From Patescibacteria group bacterium (lineage in GTDB: Bacteria > Patescibacteriota > Doudnabacteria > UBA920 > O2-02-FULL-48-8): a DNA stretch of 64,000 nucleotides. Both the position numbers and the translations under genes were made by a program. The DNA is taken from contig DASUKB010000001.1 of assembly GCA_036278915.1 (NCBI GenBank), forward strand, positions 91,892 through 155,891, given 5' to 3'. Numbering within the stretch: the stretch's first letter is position 1; the number at the start of each line of letters is the position of its first letter. The notes beneath the pieces were generated by a model, which was given only the letters and a program-made list of their open reading frames with translations, searched no databases and was not told the origin of the DNA. Below are positions 19,163 through 28,718 of the stretch, piece by piece.

Positions 19163-19882
19163 ATGAAATACAAGATAAAGCTCGTAAAAAAAGAAGAGGT
19201 GGCTGAAGGCACGATGGCGTTTTTTTATACCAAACCAGAAGGGTTTGTTTTTAAGTCCGGACAGACCATGGATTTAACTCTTATAAATCCGGCGGAAACG
19301 GATGCGGAAGGCAACACCCGCACTTTTTCCATAATCCAAACTCCGCTTGAAGAGACGCTCGGCAATGCCACGCGCATGCGCGACACGGCATTTAAGCGCG
19401 TGCTCAAAAATATGCCGGAAGGTACGGAGCTCGAGATGGAAGGGCCGTTTGGATCGTTTACGCTGCACAATGATTCCAGCAAACCGGCCGTGATTTTGGC
19501 CGGGGGAATCGGAATTACGCCTTTTTATAGCATTGCCAAATTTGCCGCGGCCCAAAAATTACCCCACAAAATTTATCTGTTTTATTCCAATCGCAGGCCC
19601 GAGGACTCAGCGTTCCTGTCGCAGCTGCAAGAACTGCAAACGCAGAACCCCAACTTCAAGCTTGTCGCAACCATGACCGATATGGAAAAAAGCTCGCAGA
19701 AGTGGGACGGGGAAACGGGTTACATAACCAAAGAAATGATCGCAAAATATGTACCGGATTTGCCAAGCGCTATTTCTTACATCGCCGGGCCGCCGAGCAT
19801 GGTGGCCGCTATGCGCAAAATTCTAAACGATGCGCAAGTTAACGACGACAACATCCGAACCGAGGAATTTACCGGCTACTAA
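19163..19882 (+). CDS. Ferredoxin-NADP reductase-like FAD/NAD(P) oxidoreductase
   Basis: RTFSI, GPFGSF, AGGIGITPF, YIAGPP, EEFTGY. Confidence 0.92.
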   Translation: MKYKIKLVKKEEVAEGTMAFFYTKPEGFVFKSGQTMDLTLINPAETDAEGNTRTFSIIQTPLEETLGNATRMRDTAFKRVLKNMPEGTELEMEGPFGSFTLHNDSSKPAVILAGGIGITPFYSIAKFAAAQKLPHKIYLFYSNRRPEDSAFLSQLQELQTQNPNFKLVATMTDMEKSSQKWDGETGYITKEMIAKYVPDLPSAISYIAGPPSMVAAMRKILNDAQVNDDNIRTEEFTGY

Positions 19883-19896
19883 TTTTAAGGAGGAGT

Positions 19897-20784
19897 ATGG
19901 AAAGTATGGAACACGAACCTAAACGAGATTTTGCAACAGAGTTTGCCAATTACGAAAAAAAGAAAGAGCAGCAAGCGCAGTCAGCGGAAATCCCCGGATA
20001 CAAAACGGAGCAAGATAATTCCGCCAAGTTTGACGTGGAGCCGATAGGCAACAGCTGGACGCGGAAACTCTATGACGGTGATTTTTTCCAGATGCGCGCG
20101 GACTCCAAATTTCCCGCTTTGAATACGGTGTTTGTGCAGACGCGAGATCTCAATACCGGTGCGGACAATCCCGGTGATCTGGGCGGCGGGGAGACGGATA
20201 AGCACCTCATCTACGAAGGGCTGTCTCGCGTGGCTGCGGATGCGGTCATGGCCGGCGCCAACACGATCCGCGGCTCCGGAGTGGTGCTTTCGGTTTGGCA
20301 TCCGGAACTGGTGGCCTTGCGACGCGAATTGGGATTGCCCAGGCATCCGGCGCAAATCGTGGTCACGGAGTCAGGCAGAGTTGATATGGATTCGGAGCTG
20401 ATGTTCAATATCCCGCAGGTGCCGGTGTACGTGCTCACGTCATCCCGTGGCGCGGAAGTGCTCAAACCATATGTGGAGTCCCGGCCATGGGTACGCGTCT
20501 ATTCCGATGAAACGGTAGACATGAGCAAGCTGCTGGCGCAATTATCTGCCGAACAGAAGATTTCCAGAATTTCGGTAATCGGCGGCCGGACTCTGACATC
20601 TTCTCTTATCGATGGCGGGTTGGTGAAGGATTTGTATCTCACGACTTCGGCCATCAACGGGGGCGAACCGCACACTCCGTTTTACATCGGCCAGAAGATA
20701 CTCCGGATGGACCGGGTACTGCGCAAAACTGGACTTGGCAAAGAAGAAGGCGTGGTGTTTGAACACCTTTCACTTGTTCCCTAA
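19897..20784 (+). CDS. RibD C-terminal/DHFR-like reductase
   Basis: ADAVMAGANTIR, QIVVTESG, IGGRTL. Confidence 0.8.
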   Translation: MESMEHEPKRDFATEFANYEKKKEQQAQSAEIPGYKTEQDNSAKFDVEPIGNSWTRKLYDGDFFQMRADSKFPALNTVFVQTRDLNTGADNPGDLGGGETDKHLIYEGLSRVAADAVMAGANTIRGSGVVLSVWHPELVALRRELGLPRHPAQIVVTESGRVDMDSELMFNIPQVPVYVLTSSRGAEVLKPYVESRPWVRVYSDETVDMSKLLAQLSAEQKISRISVIGGRTLTSSLIDGGLVKDLYLTTSAINGGEPHTPFYIGQKILRMDRVLRKTGLGKEEGVVFEHLSLVP

Positions 20785-20857
20785 TACTTCCAACTGGCCG
20801 CAAGAACCTATCTCTTGCGGCTTTTCTTTTTGTCATATAAAAGTTAGAATAAGCATT

Positions 20858-22003
20858 ATGAGTTTTGAAATTTCCAAAAAAGATGAAAGCACTAAGGCCC
20901 GGACCGGAATTATTCACACCGCGCATGGAGACGTGCATACGCCCGTGTTTTTGCCCATCGGCACCAAGGGCGCCATCAAATCCATAGCCGCCGAGGAGCT
21001 CAAGTTTTGGGGCGCAGAAATGATTCTGGCAAACACTTACCATCTCTGGCAGCGTCCAGGAGACGCACTTATTGCCAAAGCAGGCGGCCTGCATAAATTT
21101 ATGAACTGGAAAGGGGCTATATTCACGGACTCCGGCGGGTTTCAGGTTTTTTCACTTGCCAAAATGGTAAAAGTCACAGACACCGGCGTAACGTTCCAAT
21201 CCGATATCGACGGTTCTACGCATACGCTTACGCCAGAGTCATCGGTACAGATCCAGCTCAATTTGGGATCAGATGTGGCACTCGTGCTGGATGAATTTCC
21301 CGGATTTCCCGCCACCGAAAAACACGTAAAAGAAACCGTAGCCAGGACCACGGCCTGGGCAAAGCGCGCCGCGCTGGAACACAACAAGCTTGCTGGCTCT
21401 TCGCTTAATCCCGGCCAGATGCTGTGGGGCATAATACAAGGCGCGACTTTCAAAAAACTGCGCAAACAATCCGCGGAAGAAATTTCTGCCATCGGTTTCC
21501 CAGGATTCGCCATAGGCGGCGTGGCTGTGGGGGAACCGCCCGAAAAAATGTACCAAGCCGTGGAGGACTCAATTCCTTATCTGGATGAAGATAAACCAAA
21601 GCATTTGCTGGGCGTGGGCACGCCGGAACAAATTGTGCAAGGGGTTGCCCGTGGCTGCGACAGTTTTGACTGCGTCATCCCCACGCGCGAAGCCCGCCAC
21701 GGCAAACTTTATATAAACCTCAAACCAGGCGAAGGCGAAGGTTATACTACCATCAATATCGATAATGAAAAATTCAAAGAAGATTTTTCCGCGGTAGACA
21801 ACACCTGCAATTGTTATTTGTGCATGAATTTCACGCGAGCGTACTTGCGGCATTTGTTTGCCACCAAAGAGCCTTTGGGAATTCGCCTGGCGACCATGCA
21901 CAATCTGCGGTTTTATTTAAACCTTATGCAGACCGTGCGCACGGCCATCGAAACCGGAGGCTTTGACCACTTGCACAAGAGTTATAAGGAGCATAATATT
22001 TAG
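20858..22003 (+). CDS. tgt: tRNA-guanine transglycosylase
   Basis: LANTYHL, TDSGGFQVFSL, FDCVIPTR, CNCYLC, HNL. Confidence 0.97.
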   Translation: MSFEISKKDESTKARTGIIHTAHGDVHTPVFLPIGTKGAIKSIAAEELKFWGAEMILANTYHLWQRPGDALIAKAGGLHKFMNWKGAIFTDSGGFQVFSLAKMVKVTDTGVTFQSDIDGSTHTLTPESSVQIQLNLGSDVALVLDEFPGFPATEKHVKETVARTTAWAKRAALEHNKLAGSSLNPGQMLWGIIQGATFKKLRKQSAEEISAIGFPGFAIGGVAVGEPPEKMYQAVEDSIPYLDEDKPKHLLGVGTPEQIVQGVARGCDSFDCVIPTREARHGKLYINLKPGEGEGYTTINIDNEKFKEDFSAVDNTCNCYLCMNFTRAYLRHLFATKEPLGIRLATMHNLRFYLNLMQTVRTAIETGGFDHLHKSYKEHNI

Positions 22004-22024
22004 GTCAATAAGGAGGTTGCTGAT

Positions 22025-22402
22025 ATGCGCGTTGACTGGGACCGCTACAACGGGCTCGTGTCTATGACTATCACCGGCAAACTCGGTCGGGAAACGGATC
22101 CGCAGCAAAAGGATTTATCGGAATATGTTTCCGACCTTTCCGAAGCAGACCGCAAGGCTCTGGTGTTTGATCTATCCAATGTGACCGGCATCGATACCTA
22201 CGGCATAGGCCAGATGATCTACTGTCAGCAGCTGATTCTCGAATCCGGCGGGAAATCCTGCTGGGTCCTGCCCAAAGAATCAGCCTCGTACGCCAAACTC
22301 CGGCATTTGTTGGACCGGATGCAACTATCAAAGGTGTTCATCTTCTGCGACACCATCCAAGACGGCTACCAGAAGATGTCTGCCAACAAAGGAACCGCTT
22401 AG
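22025..22402 (+). CDS. STAS domain protein (anti-sigma antagonist-like)
   Basis: VFDLSNVTGIDTYGIG; AAGGAGG SD. Confidence 0.8.
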   Translation: MRVDWDRYNGLVSMTITGKLGRETDPQQKDLSEYVSDLSEADRKALVFDLSNVTGIDTYGIGQMIYCQQLILESGGKSCWVLPKESASYAKLRHLLDRMQLSKVFIFCDTIQDGYQKMSANKGTA

Positions 22403-22525
22403 GCCCCTAAGGAGCAGAAGCGGTTTTATTTTTCTGTCGTACATGTTAGACTATATGCAAATAAGAAGTGGCGCAGCCAGCCTGGCTTAAAGTCAGGCAA
22501 CCAGTGTCATATTCAAAAGGAATTT

Positions 22526-22642
22526 ATGCAAGAATCAAAATTTGATCTGATGGACAAAGTAATCTCGCTTGCCAAAAGACGGGCCGCCCACAAATCTAAT
22601 CCTTTGACGGGCGAGCCTCGTCTTTTTGTTTTTAAAAAATAA
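22526..22642 (+). CDS. 38-aa ORF duplicating the GlyRS N-terminus (putative leader peptide or gene remnant)
   Basis: MQESKFDLMDKVISLAKRR... versus GlyRS MKQEQKFDLMDKVISLAKRR. Confidence 0.55.
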   Translation: MQESKFDLMDKVISLAKRRAAHKSNPLTGEPRLFVFKK

Positions 22643-22647
22643 ATTTT

Positions 22648-23982
22648 ATGAAACAAGAACAAAAATTCGACTTGATGGATAAAGTGATTAGTCTAGCAAA
22701 AAGGCGGGGTTTTATTTTTCCTGGAAGCGAAATTTATGGAGGGCTAGCCAACAGCTGGGACTACGGCCCGCTTGGCGTAGAGCTGAAAAATAATATCAAA
22801 AAACTTTGGTGGAAAATGTTTGTGCAGGAGCGCAGCGATATGGTAGGCATAGACGCAAGCTTGATTATGAACACAAAAGTCTGGGAAGCTTCGGGACACC
22901 TTCAAAACTTTACCGATCCGCTGGTGGAATGCAAAAAATGCCATACTCGATATCGGGAAGATCAGAAACCAGACGAATGTCCGGTTTGTGGTTTCAGCGA
23001 ATTCACACCAGCCCAGCAATTTAATTTGATGCTCAAAACATTTTTAGGACCAACGGAAGAGAAAGCCAATGAAGTCTTTTTTCGCCCGGAAACGGCTCAG
23101 GCGATTTTTGTAGACTTCAAACAGATTTTGGAAACTTCCCGCCAAAGAATTCCTTTCGGCGTGGCGCAGATTGGTAAAGCTTTCCGAAACGAAATCACTC
23201 CAGGCAACTTTATATTTCGCACGCGCGAATTTGAGCAGATGGAAATAGAATACTTCATCCAGGCTGAAGAATGGGAAAAACATTTTGAAAATTGGCTGAC
23301 GGAACTCAAAAAATGGATTAAGGCTGTGGGAATCGACGAGAAAAAAGTCCATTATGAAGAAATTGGCGAGGCTGACCGTGCATTTTATAGCAAGCGCACT
23401 ATAGACGTAGAATTTGAATACCCGTTTGGACAAAAGGAATTGTACGGCTTGGCTTATCGTACCGATTATGACCTGACTCAACATCAGAAATTTTCCGGCA
23501 AGGATTTGTCTTTCTTGGACCCAACGACAAACGAAAAATTCATACCGCACGTCATAGAGCCTTCGCTGGGCGTAGATCGTACTGTTTTGGCGGTATTGCT
23601 TTCATGTTATTCCGAATCCGAAGCGCGATCAGGCAAAGAAGATGCCGTGCACGAGACAGAAGTGACTTTGAGATTGCCGAAAAAAATTGCGCCAATCAAA
23701 ATCGCCGTGCTGCCGCTTTCCAAAAAAGACGAATTAACGGGTCCCGCGCACGAAATTGTAAATAGCTTGCACAAAACTTGGATGTGCCAGTATGATGAGA
23801 CAGCCTCAATCGGCAAGCGCTACCGAAGGCAGGACGAAATCGGCACGCCGTACTGCGTGACAGTGGATTTCGAAACCGCCAAAGATGAGTCGGTAACGGT
23901 GCGCGACCGCGACACCATGCAGCAGGATCGAATCAAAATTTCTGACTTGGAAAAATATTTTAAAGATAAATTGCAGCGCTGA
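22648..23982 (+). CDS. glyS: Glycine--tRNA ligase (alpha2 type)
   Basis: EIYGGL, RPETAQ, FRNEITPGNFIFRTREFEQME, IEPSLG, IGKRYRRQDEIGTP. Confidence 0.97.
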   Translation: MKQEQKFDLMDKVISLAKRRGFIFPGSEIYGGLANSWDYGPLGVELKNNIKKLWWKMFVQERSDMVGIDASLIMNTKVWEASGHLQNFTDPLVECKKCHTRYREDQKPDECPVCGFSEFTPAQQFNLMLKTFLGPTEEKANEVFFRPETAQAIFVDFKQILETSRQRIPFGVAQIGKAFRNEITPGNFIFRTREFEQMEIEYFIQAEEWEKHFENWLTELKKWIKAVGIDEKKVHYEEIGEADRAFYSKRTIDVEFEYPFGQKELYGLAYRTDYDLTQHQKFSGKDLSFLDPTTNEKFIPHVIEPSLGVDRTVLAVLLSCYSESEARSGKEDAVHETEVTLRLPKKIAPIKIAVLPLSKKDELTGPAHEIVNSLHKTWMCQYDETASIGKRYRRQDEIGTPYCVTVDFETAKDESVTVRDRDTMQQDRIKISDLEKYFKDKLQR

Positions 23983-24000
23983 ACTTGCATCCGCACCATT

Positions 24001-24104
24001 CGCTCGGCAAACTGTTTTTTCTGCGGCACGTCCGATTAACGGACTAAATTCTCTGCCTTTGGAATGGCCTCGAAGTTGCCTTGGAAAGAACAGTTTACCT
24101 CGCT
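24001..24104 (-). repeat. Structured ~105-nt dispersed element, copy A (divergent)
   Basis: GCTCGG...CCTCGCT ends; same stem order as copies B-D with compensatory changes. Confidence 0.7.
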
Positions 24105-24118
24105 GATACAGATTATTT

Positions 24119-25399
24119 ATGTCTATACCTTCTTTATATACCAAAAAGGTTCTCCAAAATGGTTTAACCTTGCTCATGGTGCCCATAGAGACGGCCTCGT
24201 CTGTAACGATGTCGATTTTTGTGAAAGTCGGCTCGCGCTACGAAGAAAAAAAGCTAAGCGGCATTTCTCATTTTTTGGAACACTTGCACTTCAAAGGTTC
24301 GCAAAAATTCCCTAGCGCCAAAAAACTTTCGGAGATCGTGGACTCAATCGGCGGCGAATTTAACGCCAACACTGGCAAGGAGCATACTCAATACTATATC
24401 CGCGCCGCATATGAGCATATGGATTTGGTGTTTAACGTGCTCACCGACATGCTTCAGCATCCGCTGTTTGCGGAAAAAGAAATCAACCGCGAGCGGGGAG
24501 TCATCATTGAAGAAATCAACATGTACAAAGACAATCCGCAGTTTAGCGTGGATACATTGTTTGAAGAAATGCTCTGGCCCAACCAGCCGCTGGGCCGCGA
24601 CATTCCCGGTACCGCTGATGTCATCTCTGCCATTTCGCGCAAAGATATTTTGCAGTACCGCGAAAAGTTTTATACGCCGGGGAATATGATTATTGCCGTG
24701 GCCGGACAATTTGACACACGCAAACTGGAAGATCTTGTGGCCAAATACTGGACCAAACTTCCCGGACACAAGAGCGCGACATTCAAACCCGCGGCGTCAA
24801 ATCAAAAACTGCCGCAGATACAGATTCAAACCAAAACTACGGAGCAGGCGTATATGATGCTTGGCTTCCATGGCTACTCGTACCGCAGTCGCAACAATGC
24901 AGCCCTAAGGATTCTATCCGCGGTTTTGGGCGGCGGCATGAGTTCCAGGCTTTTTTTGCGCATCCGCGAGCGCTTGGGTTTGGCTTACTATATCAGCACC
25001 TCCTTTAACAATTATTTGGATGCGGGTAATTTTGCAGTATCCGCAGGACTCAAAATCCAAAACGTCAATCAGGCCCTGCAAATTACGCTTGAGGAGTTGC
25101 GCAAAGTCCGCGATCACGGCATTTCCCGCGCGGAATTGGCCAAGGCCAAAGATTACATTAAGGGTAAAATCGCACTGGCTATGGAGGACCCGCACGACAA
25201 ATTGGAATGGTATCTCGGCCAGGAAGCATTCAATGGCAAAATCAAAACTATCAAGCAGTCGTTTGAAGAGCTGGATCGCGTAACGCTTCAACAGGTGGCC
25301 AAAGTTGGGCATGACATTATCCGCAATGAATGTATGAATTTGGCGTTGGTCGGACCATTTGAAGATAAATCCATTTTTGAAAAGAAACTAAAACTATAA
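24119..25399 (+). CDS. M16 family zinc peptidase
   Basis: HFLEH inverted zinc motif, GGGMSSRLF. Confidence 0.95.
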   Translation: MSIPSLYTKKVLQNGLTLLMVPIETASSVTMSIFVKVGSRYEEKKLSGISHFLEHLHFKGSQKFPSAKKLSEIVDSIGGEFNANTGKEHTQYYIRAAYEHMDLVFNVLTDMLQHPLFAEKEINRERGVIIEEINMYKDNPQFSVDTLFEEMLWPNQPLGRDIPGTADVISAISRKDILQYREKFYTPGNMIIAVAGQFDTRKLEDLVAKYWTKLPGHKSATFKPAASNQKLPQIQIQTKTTEQAYMMLGFHGYSYRSRNNAALRILSAVLGGGMSSRLFLRIRERLGLAYYISTSFNNYLDAGNFAVSAGLKIQNVNQALQITLEELRKVRDHGISRAELAKAKDYIKGKIALAMEDPHDKLEWYLGQEAFNGKIKTIKQSFEELDRVTLQQVAKVGHDIIRNECMNLALVGPFEDKSIFEKKLKL

Positions 25400-25404
25400 C
25401 TGGC

Positions 25405-27864
25405 GTGATTATCGTCATCCCAACATATAATGAGCGGGAAAATATCGAACCCACAGTTCGGGGAATCCGCAGCACCGTTCCTGATTCCCAGATTTTGTTT
25501 GTGGACGACGCCTCTCCGGACGGCACGGCCGAAGAAATTAAAAGAATCCAAAACACGGATCCAAAAATCTTGCTTCTGGAACGCAGCGGCAAGCTTGGCT
25601 TAGGTTCGGCGTACGTGGAGGCCTTCGAAAAAATTTTAGCGGACAATTCCACCGACGTGATTGTGACCATGGATGCCGATTTGTCCCATCCGTTTGAAAC
25701 GCTCATCGCTTTTGAGGAAAAAATTAAGAATTACGAGCTTGTGGTAGGTTCGCGGTATGTACGCGGTGGAAGCATTTCCAACTGGAGCTTCATCCGGCGG
25801 GTGATTAGCCGCGTGGGCAACTGGTACGAACGCACGTTTAATAACTTGCCGCTTCGAGATGTATCGTCGGGGTTTATGTGCATCCGGACCGAAACTTTGG
25901 CTCGGACAAATTATCGCAAAATCCGAGCGCGCGGGTATGCATTTTTGGTGGAACTCAAACATGTCTTGGTGCGCGCAGGCGCGAGTACATGCGAGGTGCC
26001 AATTACGTTTTCAGAACGCCGCGCCGGCCATTCTAAATTCTCGATCAAAATTATGGTCGAAGCGATGTTTTTGCCGGCGCGTTTGAATCCAAAAACTCTG
26101 TTTGGCGCGTTTGTGTTCTTGTTCAGCCTGGCGGTGTACATTCAAACGGCGCCGCGAACGATCTTTCTGAATGACAACGCCGAATTTATAACCGCGGGCA
26201 AGGTTTTGGGCATACCGCACCCGACTGGGTATCCGCTGTATGTTATGCTTTCCAAACTTTTTAGCTACCTGCCCATAGGGCCTTTGCCGTTTAGGATTAA
26301 CTTTCTTTCTATTCTTGCCGCGAGTTTTTCGCTGCTGGTGCTTTTTTTGTGGCTATGCAAAGTCCTCAAAAAGTTAAGCCGGGACCCGCAAGGGGTTTGG
26401 GTTTGGCTGGTGGCCGCGGCAACTTCTTTATCTGCCGGATTTTCGCTTATGTTTTGGTCGCAGGCTGTGAGTGCCAAAACCTACACCCTTCATTTTTTAA
26501 TTTTGTCCTGCATCCTGCTAGCGCTTTGGCAATGGTGGGAGACCGCCGAACATAAATATTTTTACTGGGTTTGTTTTTTGACGGCCTTAGGCGTGGCAAA
26601 CCACCTGCTTATGCTCGCGTTTGCTCCCGCAATTTTTTTGGGCTTGCTGTATGACATCAAACGTACCAATTGGAAAATCTGGCTCAAAGGATTTTTATTT
26701 GTGATTTTGGGTTTGAGTCCGTTTTTGTACTTGCCAATCCGTGCCGCACAGAATCCAATTTACGCCTGGGCTCCAGGAGTCAGCTCCCTGCGTTCCTTCT
26801 GGGATTATATTTTTCCCGCGCATTATTATGGTTTGGGTACCGGACTAAACTTGAGCGGACGTTTGGCATTTTTGTCGGACTTCGGGTCCCAGCTTGCAAG
26901 GGAATTGGGGTTGTTACTCGTTATGTCCTTAGTCGGAATTATTTGGATAGCGCTCAAGCATAAAAAATTATTTTTTGTCCTAGCTTTGGCCGTGCTGGGA
27001 AATATTTCTGGAATTTTATTCTTGCGCCACTTTGGATTTTCGCTGGAGAACGCTTATTTTTACTCCTTTTATTACTTGTCGGCTATTGTGCTAATGTTTG
27101 TCTTTATGGGATTCGGACTTTACTTTATCTATGATTTGCTCAAAAACAGAATTGGTCCCAAGGTGAGTGCTTTAGTACTGGTCTATATTTTGATTCCCGT
27201 ACTGCTTCTGGCAGTAAATTTTGGATCCAGTAATTTACGCGGATTTGATTTCGTGGAAAATTATACTAAGAGTATGCTCGAAAGCCTGCCACCAAACGCG
27301 GTGCTGATTTTTTCTGCTGACGGACCGGGCGAGGATACGGAAATTTTTGGTCTGCTTTATCAGCAAGTTGCGGCCAAAATTCGGCCCGACGTAAAAATTA
27401 TTGGTTTGCCAGGAGTGGTGGTGGTGCCGGATCCCCAAAAACTTACAGATGTGTATAGGCAGCCGGATCTGGAAAAGATGCGCGAAGGGCTAATTGAGTA
27501 TGCGCTCAACGAGCCGAGCCTGGCGAACCGGCCGATCTATACGACTTATTTGGCAGTGGGTCCGGAAATTTCTGTTCATAGCTTTTCGAACGGCTTGGCG
27601 TACAAGCTGGAAACTGGAAATGCGGATCCTTATAATTTACCCGAAACTGTAAACTTAAGTCCGCAAGATGAGAAAATTCTCAATGCTGATTTGGCCGGAT
27701 CCGATATGCTGGCCGGATATTATTACGCGCAGGCCGCCTATTTTCTGGATCATGGGGACAGCAAACAATCCGAAAATAATTTCATCCAGGGGATTAATTA
27801 CGATTATAATGTTTATGGTTTAGACAAGACTAACTTTATGAGTTATAGGAATTCAAAAAAATGA
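25405..27864 (+). CDS. GT2 polyprenol-phosphate mannose synthase-like domain fused to DUF2723 membrane domain
   Basis: IPTYNE, VDDASPDGT, MDADLSH; then D..EF...LGIPHPTGYPLY and YLPIRA. Confidence 0.85.
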   Translation: MIIVIPTYNERENIEPTVRGIRSTVPDSQILFVDDASPDGTAEEIKRIQNTDPKILLLERSGKLGLGSAYVEAFEKILADNSTDVIVTMDADLSHPFETLIAFEEKIKNYELVVGSRYVRGGSISNWSFIRRVISRVGNWYERTFNNLPLRDVSSGFMCIRTETLARTNYRKIRARGYAFLVELKHVLVRAGASTCEVPITFSERRAGHSKFSIKIMVEAMFLPARLNPKTLFGAFVFLFSLAVYIQTAPRTIFLNDNAEFITAGKVLGIPHPTGYPLYVMLSKLFSYLPIGPLPFRINFLSILAASFSLLVLFLWLCKVLKKLSRDPQGVWVWLVAAATSLSAGFSLMFWSQAVSAKTYTLHFLILSCILLALWQWWETAEHKYFYWVCFLTALGVANHLLMLAFAPAIFLGLLYDIKRTNWKIWLKGFLFVILGLSPFLYLPIRAAQNPIYAWAPGVSSLRSFWDYIFPAHYYGLGTGLNLSGRLAFLSDFGSQLARELGLLLVMSLVGIIWIALKHKKLFFVLALAVLGNISGILFLRHFGFSLENAYFYSFYYLSAIVLMFVFMGFGLYFIYDLLKNRIGPKVSALVLVYILIPVLLLAVNFGSSNLRGFDFVENYTKSMLESLPPNAVLIFSADGPGEDTEIFGLLYQQVAAKIRPDVKIIGLPGVVVVPDPQKLTDVYRQPDLEKMREGLIEYALNEPSLANRPIYTTYLAVGPEISVHSFSNGLAYKLETGNADPYNLPETVNLSPQDEKILNADLAGSDMLAGYYYAQAAYFLDHGDSKQSENNFIQGINYDYNVYGLDKTNFMSYRNSKK

Positions 27865-28718
27865 GAATTGGAACCCATGTTTCTATCGCCAAAGGCGTTT
27901 GGAATGCTCCGGGCAATGCGGCTAAAGTAGGCGCGGAGGTTTTCCAGATTTTCAGCCGGTCGCCTCACGGCGGTGCTGTTGTACCCATCACCAAGGATAT
28001 ACAAAACAAGTTTGCCCAAGAAATGGACAAATATAAGTTTGATACATTTTACATCCACGCGCCGTACTTTATAAATTTTTCGTCGGTGAAGGGCAATATT
28101 TATTACGGTTCCATTTCGGTGGTTCGGCAAGAATTGGAGCGAGGCACGCTGCTCGGGGCAAAAGCTTTGATGACGCATTTGGGCAGTTTCGGCGAACTGA
28201 CGGACGAGGAGGGCATCGAACGGCAGGTGAAAGCAATTATTAAAGTCATGGAAGGCTACCATGGCACCACCCAATTGCTTTTGGAAATCTCCGCTGGCGC
28301 CGGACGGGTGGTGGGCGATACCTTCGAGGAACTGGCATGGATTTTGGACGACAAGCGACTTAAAGATTTTGACCTTGGCGTTTGTCTGGACACATGCCAC
28401 TTGTTTGCTTCTGGCTACGACATCCGCGATAAAAAATCCGTGGACAAAATGACCAAACAGCTGGAGAAAGTCTTGGGACTTAAACGAGTAGTCCTTTTGC
28501 ATGCCAACGATTCCAAAGGCGATTTCGGCAATCATTTAGACAGGCACGAAAACATTGGTGAGGGAAAAATCGGACTTGAAGGATTTAAAGCTTTGGCATC
28601 GCAGAAATTTTTTAGCCAATTGGATTGGATTTTGGAAACTCCGAAAGATAACCCGGCGGATGACCCCAAAAATATAGCGGTCCTTACAAATTTACGAAAA
28701 ATTAGTAAAAATAAATGA
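27861..28718 (+). CDS. nfo: Endonuclease IV
   Basis: HAPYFIN, CLDTCHLFASGYD, HANDSK, DRHENIG, ILETP. Confidence 0.95.
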   Translation: MRIGTHVSIAKGVWNAPGNAAKVGAEVFQIFSRSPHGGAVVPITKDIQNKFAQEMDKYKFDTFYIHAPYFINFSSVKGNIYYGSISVVRQELERGTLLGAKALMTHLGSFGELTDEEGIERQVKAIIKVMEGYHGTTQLLLEISAGAGRVVGDTFEELAWILDDKRLKDFDLGVCLDTCHLFASGYDIRDKKSVDKMTKQLEKVLGLKRVVLLHANDSKGDFGNHLDRHENIGEGKIGLEGFKALASQKFFSQLDWILETPKDNPADDPKNIAVLTNLRKISKNK

